Positions 1-13,013 of a stretch of 64,000 nt of DNA are shown one piece after another. This stretch comes from Eledone cirrhosa (taxonomy: Eukaryota). The stretch lies in NCBI GenBank assembly GCA_964016885.1, contig OZ024743.1, positions 79,484,001 to 79,548,000 on the forward strand, given 5' to 3'. Position 1 is the first letter of the stretch, and each line of letters begins with the position of its first letter. The position numbers were made by a program, and so were the translations under genes. The notes below the pieces were generated by a model. The model was not told the DNA's origin and ran no database searches. It saw nothing but the letters and a program-made list of their open reading frames with translations.

Positions 1-130
1 CATACATACACATACATACAAAGACACACACAGACACAAGCCTTCCCATACACACACAGATAGACACACACGATCTTACATACACATACACACACGCCTT
101 CTCAGACACATATACACACAAGCTCTCACT

Positions 131-184
<54 letters not shown>

Positions 185-565
185 CTTACATACACACACA
201 CACACACATAGGTAAACGCATACGACCTCACACTCACACACAGAAACCCTTACATACACACATACATACTGATACCCGAAACATACATAAAACGATCTCT
301 AAGATATATTGATACTTAGATTTTTCACATCGATCCAATAACTGGAATCAATAATCATTAAATATACTCAAAAATATGATTAAGAGTTATCGATGTAAAA
401 ATAGATTATCGAACATATTCTACCATTCCTTTATTGTATTTTTTGGACTAGGGTGGCCATGCTGGAGCACCACAAGAGGTTGTAATCGATCATATCAACC
501 ACAATATTTATTTTAATTAATCCACTGATGATGTTGCAGATGTGCAACGAAAGAACTTTGTTAGG

Positions 566-621
<56 letters not shown>

Positions 622-875
622 CTGTATTTTTAACCGTTGATCAGTCAGTGATAAACATTGATTGCCAAATAATTAACTATGGAGATATAAAAGATACAGA
701 TGCGAAAAACCAAACAAACGGTGAGTGTGTTCTGTTATTATTTCTGGCAATATTATTACAATATGGCCCTCCCCAAGTATAACAATACTTACTTTATCGA
801 TTACTGTTTATCGAAGGACTATGTCACGTTTGTGTATAAAGGGGATGCAAATTGTTGGTCTGTGTTACACCCACT

Positions 876-942
<67 letters not shown>

Positions 943-965
943 ACACACACACACACACATACACA

Positions 966-1006
<41 letters not shown>

Positions 1007-1576
1007 GCTGTGGCCCATCTATTTCGTTCTTACTGCTTCCTCTTTCTCTGTATCTTTACCCTCTCTAGCAGTCACTCTCTCTGTTAGCCTCTTCCTCACC
1101 CTTCACTCACTCATTCTCCGTTACTACCTCTCCTCCTCCTCCTTCTTCTCGTTTGACCTGTGCGTAATTCTTTTCTTTCGCAACCTTGGTCAGGCAGGTC
1201 GCTTTTTTTCTCTCTCTCGTCTACGATTTCACAGAACTTACGTTCGCCGAATTCACAGCCTAGATCCCTTCTTCCTCCCGTTAGACCTGTACGGAATTCC
1301 TTCCTTGCTCACATTCCAACCAGGTTTGATGGTCTTTATTCTCTCTCGTTCACGATTTCACCGAATTTATATTCATGGAAATTTGGGACTTGACTCCTTC
1401 TTCTTCACTTTTCGTTGCTTCACCATCTTTGTTTGTTTACACTCTCGCGTCCCCTTTATTTACGTGTCCCAACGACTTTTTTTTAGCCGTTGCTCGCACC
1501 AACCGGAGGTATATGGTCTTTAAAGCGATGAAATACCAATGATGGTTGGAAGATCACTGATGAAGGACTAACTTTA

Positions 1577-1615
<39 letters not shown>

Positions 1616-2099
1616 AGTTTAGACAAGTTGATACCACAACCATATAAGGTAAATACTGATTAAAAGCTCAAATGCGAATGCGATGTTGTAGTCGTCAGCA
1701 AGAGAGGTAAAAGACAGTTCAGAGTTAAATCCAATCAGTAAATTTCCAACCACAGTTACAATATCACAGATCTTATATAAAATGGATAAAACTAACCAGG
1801 ATTAAACTACACAGGATTGATTTGACATGTGGCTGGTAAATAATTGTTATGTTGTTTCACAGATTCTGAAGAAACTAATACAGTAGAAATATATTTTCCT
1901 ACTGTATTGATTGAAACATTAGTAAATCAATTAAATAATTTAATGTAATTTAATTCTAGTTATGTTCATTTATTTATATACTAATTTGTCTGTTAACACC
2001 TGTACGGTATGGATTATGGAACTAGGATCTTTAACTACCAATACAAAGGAACGATCGACTTTCGTCAAATCGGACCGAGGAAACAATGTTTCCATTAGT

Positions 2100-2266
2100 C
2101 TTTCCAATTGCTAATACTATCTATCGGTCGCAACTCCAGGTTGAAGAAGCTACGTGAAATAAAGTGTCTTGCTCAAGGACATAACGCATAATCCGGTCTG
2201 GGAATCAAACTCACAACCTTACGATTGCGAATCAAATTCTCTACCCACTCAGCCACACGCCTTCAC
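2100..2266 (-). mobile_element. tRNA-derived SINE
   Basis: Minus strand GAAGGCGTGTGGCTGAGTGG (A box) ... GAGTTTGATTCCC (B box), then core GTCCTTGAGCAAGACACTTTATTTCAC. Related copies lie at ~59400 (+) and ~62040-62175 (-). Confidence 0.75.
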
Positions 2267-2274
2267 AAAAGTAA

Positions 2275-2394
2275 ATGCTTAAAGCACCTAGGGTTCCCAA
2301 GCGGTCTCCCATCTAAGTACTAACTAGGCTCGACGTTGCTTAATTTCGGTGATCGGACGAGAACCGGTGTTTTCAGCGTCATATGGCCGTAAAC
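2275..2394 (-). rRNA. 5S: 5S rRNA gene copy (full length, 120 nt; gene or young pseudogene)
   Basis: Minus strand GTTTACGGCCATATGACGCTGAAAACACCGGTTCTCGTCCGATCACCGAAATTAAGCAACGTCGAGCCTAGTTAGTACTTAGATGGGAGACCGCTTGGGAACCCTAGGTGCTTTAAGCAT matches the mollusc-type 5S pattern. TTTAAA at -26..-31 and a TTTT run just downstream. Confidence 0.93.
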
Positions 2395-2589
2395 CATACA
2401 AGTACCAATGCAAGTTCACTTTAAATTTCAAGCTTTTCTTATTTCTATAACATTCATACAATTCTATAATCATGAGAGTATCAAAGTTGCTCCTTGTTGT
2501 TAGTAGAGACGTTCCGGGGCTCCACCTTGATGGAGCAGTTGAAGATATCAACTTCGTTATAGGGATTTAAAATAGGATGACGTTCTAAA

Positions 2590-3500
2590 AATTTAGATGA
2601 ATTCCTGGTTTTCATGAATTGAAGATTTCCAGAACTTAATTGTAAATCGGGATTTGTAGATCATCTTTAGACTGAAGCTCTTCTATAATTTCAGTAATTC
2701 AATTCCTTTATCAAATGATTCTGTTATCAGAGGTTCGAGAATGGATCAACCACAGTCACCGCATCAAATATGAATGGATTTACAATAAATCTGAGACACG
2801 TCTTTAGTTTTTGCATCAACCAAATCTCCTGGCTAGGAAATTGTCAAGCGTTGATTATAATTCATCTTTGTATTTTCCAGTTTGTGCTCTTTTTTTGTCA
2901 CTATTAGGGAATGTATTTAATTTCCTTCAGAGATTGGTAAAATGACTGAAGTTTCTTGACAATGTCTCCCTTTGTAAAGTTGGTAAATAATTCATTATAC
3001 TAATAAGGGATAGTTCTTGCATACATTCATTGAATTCCGATTGAGGATCAGGTCTTTTCTTTTCTTTAAGAAAAGAAATGACTCCAACAGATTCACATAC
3101 CTACTCAAGTTATAACTGGTTGACAACCCACTCACAAGACAGTAGAATAAGATTAGACAGCTCTGGCTTTATCTTCAAGATCCAATTCTTAAATAAAATC
3201 TCTAAAATATCAGCGGGTTTTCTCATTTAAGTCTATGATACTGACAATTTCACAACTTCATAGTTGAAGTATGAAAGTATCAAGCTGGCAGATGTTCACG
3301 GTGAATAATGGAATGGACAAGGTGACACGCTGGTCAAACATGCAGCAACTTCCATATGTGCAATTAATCCTGCATTTCTCCAAATATTGCAGCTGCATCA
3401 TCTGTTGCAACAAACATTAATTTATTCAATTGAACTTCAGCAGTTGTGCAAATTCTATTTTTTCTTTTGAAGTTGAAGAACTGAAGTTGAAATGTTAAGC
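2590..3500 (-). pseudogene. Heavily decayed hAT (SPIN/GTF2IRD2-like) transposase
   Basis: Broken minus-strand translation gives, in the expected order, FVATDDAAA..F/G..AGLIA (TDGA-like motif), YCLV.WLSTSYNLSRYVNLLES, FLKEKE, IVNPF, EPLITES..IELLKL and FWK. Many stops and frameshifts. Confidence 0.7.
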
Positions 3501-4313
3501 AAACATTCTATTAACATTTCAATCCTTCTGGATACAACTAATCTATACAGTTATATATATATATTATACAGTTCTATACAGTTCTATACAGTTATATATA
3601 TATATATATTATACAGTTCTATACAGTTCTATACAGTTATATATATATATATATATATCAGAAGGCTTGTGGCGATATGTATCAACAAGTGGGTGTGACT
3701 AGGTCCGTGGAAGTGAGGGAGAGAGGGTGTGTGTATATATACTTCGATGTATGTATGTGGGGGTGTGTGTGTCTGCCCATGTAGGCGTACGTGTGTGTAT
3801 GCATAAATGGGTATGTGTCTGCATGTGTGTGTATTTATGTGTGTATTTTAGTATGTGTGGGTGCTTACTCTGAAGTGTGAGCAGACGTGTGAAGCACTGA
3901 ACCCAGCATGACACCATCGAAATGTGCCGGACGGAAAATGGTTGATGAACCGCGTGGCAGCAGATACTGACCAGAACTTGTGATGCCGTGGAGTAAAAAC
4001 AGCCAATGGCATGACAAGAGTGGAAATAGGGTTTTTTGAGGGTGTTTTTTATGATAACACCCCAGTGATAAAATTTGCTCCGGACGAAACACCCGTGTCT
4101 GAAAGAACCCGCAGAAGTAGAATCAGCCAGATCCATACAAGGACCATATCTCGAGCTACATGCCGGCGAAACATTTGTAACACGAAATAAACTAAGTCCA
4201 GATGCATCACTGATTTTTCGTTTTCTTTATAATATCTACACTCTAGTCTGATGAATATCGAGTGCTAATTTTGGCATACCGCCTATGGAAGCACCATAGC
4301 TACCATTATACAC

Positions 4314-4386
<73 letters not shown>

Positions 4387-4530
4387 CAGAAGATATATTT
4401 AATTTGTTGGAAATTCAACAAATTCAACAAATATAAATGTTTATAACTGAGTCAGAGTACTCGACAAGTTTCTGGAGTAAATATTCAATGATATTAAATA
4501 AATGGAAACTATATTTATAAAACCATATTT

Positions 4531-4590
4531 ATTCTATTATATATATTTCAAGGGTACCAAAAACTTTGGTACGCTTTCATCAGATAAAAT
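4531..4590 (-). ncRNA. Type I hammerhead ribozyme (family A)
   Basis: Minus strand: ATTTTAT CTGATGA AAGCGTACCAAA..TTTGGTACCCTT GAAA TATATA TA ATAGAAT; palindromic stem III. Confidence 0.8.
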
Positions 4591-5463
4591 ACAAAGTGTG
4601 TTTTATAAATTTTGACATAGCCAAGGAACATACCTCATCAGTTGAATTTTCTTTGGATAGTGAATTTAAAGGACGGATTTTTCAAAATTGTTAGGATGAG
4701 TATGCAAATGAATATGAATATGTAAATGAGGTTGAGGTATATGATTGAAAAGCCATTATTTTAAACGCTATGGCAAATTTAGATATATGTCTATATTAGT
4801 AGGAGAGAAAGAGAGAAAGAAAAGGAAAAAGGAAAAAGAAAAAGAAGAAGACAACTTATATACGTTAATTTGAGGGAAAGAAAATTTGAATATTTACCTA
4901 TATTATGTATATACTTATATGGAGAATTATGTTTGTAAGTATTTATCTTATTACAATATTGTAGTGGGTTAAATATATAAATATCTATATATATTTTAAT
5001 AATAGTATATGTATTATTATTAAGGAGATTTAGATAGTTTGCAATTATTAGTTATTTATAATATGAGTTACGAGGGAAGTTGATTTTGTATTTAATGTAA
5101 ATAAATAGGTAGTTAAAATTATGAATTTATATATTTGAATATCTTGTTCGGCATTGAGAATGTTTTAATTTAACGGAGTTACGGTTATAATAATATAATA
5201 AGGAAAGATAACTCCAATTTTGTTTGTTAATCGATAATTTTTAAGAGTTAGTGTGAGATTAATTAATTATTTAGTCAAAAGAAGTGTGAATGTTCGAAAA
5301 TCGTCTTGAATAGGATACATTTTTCTAATGTCAGTTAATGGTTATTAATCTACGTTTAAAAATATCTTAAGAGGGTGTCATTGGAAAAATATAATGTAAG
5401 AATTAAAGAATTATAAAATAAAAAAAATTAAAAATTAAAATTTTAAATTAAAATTATATACAT

Positions 5464-5502
<39 letters not shown>

Positions 5503-5570
5503 TCTATACACACACATATATATATAAATAAATATATATATATATATGTATATATATATATTTATTTATA

Positions 5571-5601
<31 letters not shown>

Positions 5602-6266
5602 GTGTATGTATATAATTTTAATTTTATATATATATATATATTAAAAGAATTTTTTTCTGAAAGGTGAAAGTATTACAAATATTAGAAATATTAACATTTA
5701 GAAATATTAATATATTAAAATATTGAAAATTTAAATTGTTAAAGAAGATAGGATCAATTTGAAGGTTTATAGGAATATTATAAATTACACATGGTTCTGA
5801 ACGTGGAATTTTGGCGATGTCTGCAAGAATACATATGCTATTATTAAAATATATATAGACATTTATATATTTAACCCACTACAATATTGTAATAAGATAA
5901 ATACTTACAAACATAATTTTCCATATAAGTATATATATAATGTAGGTAAATATTCAAATTTTCTTTCCCCCAAATTAACGTATATAAGTGGTCTTCTTCT
6001 TTTTCTTTTCCCGTTTTCCTTTTCTTTCTTTTTCCTTTTCTTTCTTTCTTTCTCTCCTACAATATAGACATATATCTAATTTACCATAGTGTTTAAAATA
6101 ACGGATTTTCAATCATATACCTCAACCTCATTTACATATTCATATTCATTTGCATACTCATCCTAACAATTTTGAAAAATCCGTTCTTTAAATTCACTAT
6201 CCAAGGAAAATTCAACTGATAAGGTATTTTCCTTGGCTATGTCAAAATTTATGAAACACACTTTGT

Positions 6267-6326
6267 ATTTTATCTGATGAAAGCGTACCAAAGTTTTTGG
6301 TACCCTTGAAATATATATAATAGAAT
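6267..6326 (+). ncRNA. Type I hammerhead ribozyme (family A)
   Basis: Stem I ATTTTAT/ATAGAAT, core CTGATGA 6274-6280, stem II GTACCAAA/TTTGGTAC, GAAA 6308-6311, palindromic ATATATAT stem III, predicted cleavage after AUA. Confidence 0.8.
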
Positions 6327-6378
6327 AAATATACTTTTATAAATAGTTTCAATTTATTTAATATAATTGAAAATATTG

Positions 6379-6410
<32 letters not shown>

Positions 6411-6414
6411 TATA

Positions 6415-6910
6415 AAGAATTAATATATTTACCTACATATGTATACAGATGCATACGTATGCTAGCAAATATATATGTTTTGTCTTAGTAACTTTGTGAT
6501 TCTATGCAAGGGGATGCAGAACAATTATATGAAAGACGTAAATAAGAAAGTTATGAAAATTGACTTACTTACTAAAATTTCACTCCAACTAATTAGTTTC
6601 TGTAAGGGGATAAATATGGTTACGGAGCGTTTCCATAGAGAAGCCTTACGTCATCAGGGGGTCTATTCTCAGCTAAGCTTCCAGGCAATGCGGGGACACT
6701 GGGAACTTATATAAAAATGATTCAGTGGATGGAAAAAAGCGAGCGGGGACTAGATTCCAGGACATTGAAAAATTCGATGCCTACTTGGTCAAGTGGCAAA
6801 TTCAAAAGAATCAATCACGTGACACTGAGGTTAATCAGCTAGGAGTGGGGTGCTATTAAGACAGAGCCTAGCCACTACTATTAATCACAGTAGTAATTTC
6901 GGCAAGTTTT
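6415..6910 (-). mobile_element. PLE-like family C 3' end
   Basis: Homologous to the 45161-45710 element. Carries an HHR motif and its tail runs into (TA)n at ~6410. Confidence 0.65.
6583..6661 (-). ncRNA. Type I hammerhead ribozyme with long stem II (family C)
   Basis: Minus strand: CCCC CTGATGA C GTAAGG...CCTTAC A GAAA CTAATTAG TT GGAG; palindromic stem III AACTAATTAGTT. Confidence 0.65.
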
Positions 6911-6914
6911 GCTC

Positions 6915-7940
<1,026 letters not shown>

Positions 7941-8240
7941 AAATAGTGGATAGGAAAACATTTTTTTCAGTAGAAAATGCTGAAGAGATCCTTTCGGTGT
8001 AATATCAAAACATTAATTTATTTACAAAGTTGTAATATACCGGTTTCCGCATGTAATATACCGGTTTCAGCATTACACGCATTGTCAATTGCGGATATGC
8101 ATAATATTGTTCAGTTGCATATTTATGCAAATAATGATAATAATGATAATAATAAAAAGGTGAAGAAAAATTAATTTTCACATACATATTCAGAGAGGAG
8201 AATTCATTTCTCTATCGAGTCTGCCCTTCTTTCTCTGTTG

Positions 8241-8273
<33 letters not shown>

Positions 8274-8415
8274 TGTATGTATGTATGTATGTATGTATGT
8301 ATGTATGTATGTATGTATGTATGTATGTATGTATGTATGAATGTATGTATGTTTGTATGTATGTATGTATGCATGTGTCTGTGTATGTATATATGTATGT
8401 ATGTGTGTGTGTATG

Positions 8416-8483
<68 letters not shown>

Positions 8484-8596
8484 AATCTGTATTCCAGTGT
8501 TACTAAGTAGTTGCATTGGATGGAGTCAACCGACGTCAGAGATTGCTCACCTAATAAATTCTTTATACCCGCATTTCCGTTTCATAAACTTCTTCT

Positions 8597-8669
<73 letters not shown>

Positions 8670-8673
8670 TATA

Positions 8674-8752
8674 CAGGGTGTCTCTCCCAAATATATACAC
8701 ACGTTTATTAGAACATTGTTGATGTGTGTATACATTGTTTTGGTTCACCCTG
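8674..8752. mobile_element. Tc1/mariner-type MITE (79 bp)
   Basis: Termini TA|CAGGGTG ... CACCCTG, an internal inverted TATACACAC/GTGTGTATA, and insertion in (TA)n. Confidence 0.6.
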
Positions 8753-8756
8753 TTTA

Positions 8757-8824
<68 letters not shown>

Positions 8825-8830
<6 letters not shown>

Positions 8831-9076
8831 TTAGTTAAGCAAAACAAGACCACAAATTTCACAAGGCAGACATTATTAAAAGATTGTCAACATATTTTAG
8901 TTTGATGTAAGGAATGTTGAGAATAATAATAATAATATTAATAATGATACTTATTATTATTAATATTATTATTATTATTCTCTACATCCCTTACATCAAA
9001 CTAAAATATGTTGACAATCTTTTAATAATGTCTGCCTTGTGAAATTTGTGGTCTTGTTTTGCTTAACTAATGAATA
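8825..9076. repeat. Near-perfect palindrome, ~120 bp arms
   Basis: TATTCATTAGTTAAGCAAAACAAGACC... mirrored by ...GGTCTTGTTTTGCTTAACTAATGAATA. Centre ~8948. The left arm abuts (TA)n and the right side continues to ~9258 and (TA)n. Confidence 0.9.
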
Positions 9077-9274
9077 TTTCCAGCTCTGCGCACCTAACTT
9101 CTGCATGAACCCACCCACCTAACTTCTTTCTACTGCATATTGCACATTGAGCACATGCCTTTACGCTTTGGCTTCTAACTAACTCACCAATCTCTCCTCT
9201 CATATCTCCTCTACTATCTCCATCTCTCTCTTTAAGATTGGTTACTCTTGAACTGTGTATATATATATATATAT

Positions 9275-9752
9275 AATGATAAGAAACGGAAGGAGCTGTG
9301 TAGTTACGAAAAACAAGGTTTAGTATTGTGGTTTGGACGGAACAAGAGGAGAAAAGAAGAAAGAATCCTTTGTCAGCTGTAATCCGCGATCCAGATGTTT
9401 CGATGATTATTTACAGGACATCTGTAGCGACGAGCGGTGCGCCCAAGGCCTTTTCTTAATCAAAAGGCCAGGAGGAAAAGAAGAGAAAAAGGGAAGAAAA
9501 AGAAGGAAAAGAGGAAGAACAAAGGAGGAAAGGTGGTTAGGAGAGAGGAAGAAAGAGAAAAAGGAGAAAAAAAGAGGAAAAAAAAGAGGTGAACAGATCC
9601 CATCGTGGGAAGACACAGGACAATGGAACATGCAAGTGAGTAACCGGGAAAAGATAGGGTAAGTAAGTAATAGCCAACCTAGGAGACATTAGCCTGGTAG
9701 GATGTGCTAACAAGAGGAACAAGAGGATGGTATTAACGGGTCGACTCCATCG

Positions 9753-9809
<57 letters not shown>

Positions 9810-9963
9810 GAGAGAGAGAGGGGAGGAGGAGAAGGGGAGAGTCGATGCGAAAGGGTGGTGGGACCACAGATCGAACAAAACAGGTAGAGGAGGGCCACAG
9901 CGGTAAATACAAAATGATAAGAAACCAAAAGGAGCTGTGTGGTTACTAAAGGTTTAGGATGGT

Positions 9964-9968
<5 letters not shown>
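9275..9968 (-). mobile_element. Terminally redundant element between (TA)n tracts (PLE-like architecture)
   Basis: AATGATAAGAAAC..AAGGAGCTGTGT.GTTAC..AAGGTTTAG.AT.GTGGTTT occurs at ~9275-9335 and again at ~9913-9968. Confidence 0.5.
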
Positions 9969-10007
<39 letters not shown>

Positions 10008-10465
10008 ACCTGTCAAAGGGCAAGGGAGCTCTTAAGAGTCAATAGCCATCCAAAATCACCGGGAGAGATGACCCCTTAGCCTTTGTCAAGGCAGAATTCT
10101 AGGAGAAGGAAAACTCTGATATAACACCTGCAACTCTGATGGTATCCAATGATGTTGACTTGTTCTTCTTTTTGGTAAATATCATCTTGGTTAAGAGAGT
10201 GGGACTGGCTTTGTGCAGTGCCTTTGCTCACTATAAAAGCTTCACAGCACAGGCATTGCTTTATATCTGGAGATCTCTCTGCACTTGTCATCACATGGTA
10301 CCATGGGCCCTGCACTATGTGTCAATAATGGTCACAAGTGTAGTCTTTGTACCAGAGTTTTCAAGTCGCTGGCTGGACTAAAGTCACATTCGTTCAGCGC
10401 ATCGGTAGGGGTTCTCCTACATGGATATAAAGTAGTGGCCGTACTCGAAAACGAGTTGGCAGCCA

Positions 10466-10467
<2 letters not shown>
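10008..10467 (+). mobile_element. RTE-derived non-autonomous element, 5'-truncated copy
   Basis: Near-identical to 50757-51218. RTE-like leader motif CTAGGAGAAGGAAAACTCTGA fused to a C-terminal C2H2-like remnant HKCSLCTRVFKSLAGLKSH; (AT)n tail. Confidence 0.6.
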
Positions 10468-10519
<52 letters not shown>

Positions 10520-10603
10520 ATAATAATAAATGTGAAGACTAAAATCCAAAGTGGGCTCGATAAGGATAAATATATATCAAATATATAAGAACCCTAGAGC
10601 AAA

Positions 10604-10888
10604 TCTATATATCTAAAACAGGGAATGTCTGTCTGTCTCCTTAAAACTCGATAACCACCCAACCGATTGTTATCAAACTTTACACATGTAATACTTATGG
10701 TCCTGTTAGTGTTTTGAGCAAAAAGAATTTCAAATTTTCAATGCCCTAAGGACAGCTTTAGCCGATTGAGCGATCTCTCTCTCTATAATTCTTAGTCTTT
10801 CTTTTTAGATAGATACATAGATATAACGTTGCGCACTTATAATATCTGTCTGTATGTCTGGCTGTCTGCATTACGACATTATGACGCT
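10604..10888 (+). mobile_element. Helitron 5' fragment inserted in a family B tail
   Basis: Starts TCTATATATCTAAAAC..TGTCTGTCTG at an A|T site and is homologous to 15189-15480. Confidence 0.65.
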
Positions 10889-11057
10889 ATATGTGTGTGT
10901 ATATATATGTATATATAGTGTGTGTGTATATATATATATATAGTGTGTAACGTTTTTCGAATTAATTACTTCTGCGTTCACAGATTGATTTTTTTAGTTT
11001 CAGAAGATCCCGTTAAGAAAGCACCGATTCTTTGCTTAAACTTTAATCTGTTATTTA

Positions 11058-11172
<115 letters not shown>

Positions 11173-11249
11173 CAATTATATACTCGTGTAGAGATATTTT
11201 TGCATACACAACAACAAAATATGAACAAACGTATTTATTTCACGATGTT

Positions 11250-12125
11250 TGATAAAGATAAATATATATCAAATATATAAGAACCGTAGAGCAAATATTT
11301 ATTAAAATAACAGATTAAAGTTTAAGCAAAGAATCGCTGCTTTCTACCTTAACGGGATCTTCTGAAACTAGAAAAAATCAATCTGTGAACGCAGAAGTAC
11401 ATATTTCGAAAAACGTTGCAACCGAAGGAAAACAGGAAGACGATACTTTGGTTCGTGAAGACGTTCCCTGGAAATGAACGGAAAAAAGCGAAGATAATAC
11501 GTCGTTATGTGGAGCGCTAAGAGAACAATTACACGCAAAGACAAAACCGCATTTATGGTATAAATGGAATCGTAGACTAATATTCTATTTAGGAAACCGA
11601 ATGATTCTTGGCTTCAGAGTTAAGAATAACGTAAATAGATTGGTAGAACGAAAATGACAGAGGTTATTTAAATCATAAAAGTAATAATAATTGTTTCTAC
11701 ACTTGGCACAAGGACAGCAATTACCCAGTGCATTACTGGTACTTTATTTTATCGACCCCGTAAGGATGAAAGGCAAAGTTAACCTCGGCGGGATTTGAGC
11801 TCAGAATGGCAAGGGCCATAACTCTATGCGTCAAAACATGGCGTTCGACCCTCTACCGATACTGCCAATCCAGGCAAAAGTAATAATAATAAATATATAT
11901 ATATATATACGCATCTGTCTACACACATACACGTGCATACGCGAAAACACCCGCCATGCATGCCTATACATATACGTACACATAAACACACGCACACATA
12001 CAAAACCCGCGCAACACATGTACCCGCACACATACGAACGTATACACCAAATACACATAACATACATATATATAACAAATACAAGCATATATACGTACAA
12101 GAAAGTATACGTACCTTCACAAACT
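11250..12125 (-). mobile_element. PLE family B 3' UTR copy interrupted by a SINE
   Basis: Reverse complement of the family B 3' region (cf. 16980-17422). HHR-like fold at 11310-11386. A short plus-strand partner lies at ~10945-11057. Confidence 0.75.
11692..11875 (-). mobile_element. tRNA-derived SINE with Nin-like core and 15-bp TSD
   Basis: Core GCCTTTCATCCTTACGGGGTCGATAAA. Flanking direct repeat AAAAGTAATAATAAT at 11677-11691 and 11876-11890; the empty site is visible in the family B copy near 17030-17045. Confidence 0.85.
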
Positions 12126-12211
12126 GTAGAGTGCTTCTTATCCGATATCTGCATTGCTTTATTGTACTACAATAAAACTCACCTCCTACATATATATATA
12201 TATATATATAT

Positions 12212-12865
12212 ACTATTAATAATGAGTTCAAAACTCAGGTAGTCCTTTACAATGAAATAGCTCAAAGAAAGAAGTATTTCTGAGCCGTGTAATACAAGTT
12301 AATATAAATTAATATATTTGATAAACACAAATACCAACATATCCATGTTTGTATTGTAAACGACTAAGTTAGCTAGATTGAAAAATACTAATTATAATAA
12401 TACAGTTTGCCTGTCTCGATTTAAAATAATAAATCAATAAAAACAAAGTATATTGGCAAATGGCCGTGGTGCTTGGACAAATTTAAATTTCAAAATCAAA
12501 CCTGTTCCGTAGACTAGTTTAAACCTTAAAATCCAAATAAGTACGAAAAATGAAAGTAAAAGAATACCGCATTTCTATCTCCTCAGCAAGCACCAGAAAA
12601 ATTGGTATGTTTCACTTGAAAATATTTAAAAAGACTGTTTAACGCACATGGGTTTTCACACATGGTTATCCAGTGTCTAGCTACCGCATACTCGTGCTGC
12701 TAGAAATAACAGCCGTTTATATAGGGTTAAATTTAGCTCTACGTAAGGAGCAGTGATACTATTAATAATGAGTTCAAAACTCAGGTAGTCCTTTACAATG
12801 AAATAGCTCAAAGAAAGAAGTATTTCAGAGCCGTGTAATACAAGTTAATATAAATTAATATATTA
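12212..12865. repeat. ~105-bp direct repeats bounding a ~545-bp unit, flanked by (TA)n
   Basis: TACTATTAATAATGAGTTCAAAACTCAGG...AATTAATATATT at ~12212-12318 and ~12758-12863. Confidence 0.8.
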
Positions 12866-12878
12866 ATTCATATTAACT

Positions 12879-13013
<135 letters not shown>

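Larger units (their letters stand above)
4430..6375. mobile_element. PLE-like family A, head-to-head pair (minus arm ~4430-5455, plus arm ~5640-6375)
   Basis: 4490-4990 is the reverse complement of ~5850-6365. Each arm has an HHR, then AATAAA, then a tail into (TA)n. A tail-only copy lies at ~48650-48725. Confidence 0.7.

Noticed and set aside
521-566. Complete hammerhead at 525
   Set aside because: The core and stem II (GTTGCA/TGCAAC) with GAAA are present, but the cleavage triplet and stem I partner are missing before (TA)n. Counted only as a remnant.
1860-1910. CTGAAGA..GAAATATAT hammerhead-like string
   Set aside because: No stem I pairing; better explained as a short local hairpin.
3699-4136. 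145-aa minus-strand ORF as a host gene
   Set aside because: No recognisable motifs, and the C-terminal third is low-complexity CA-rich sequence.
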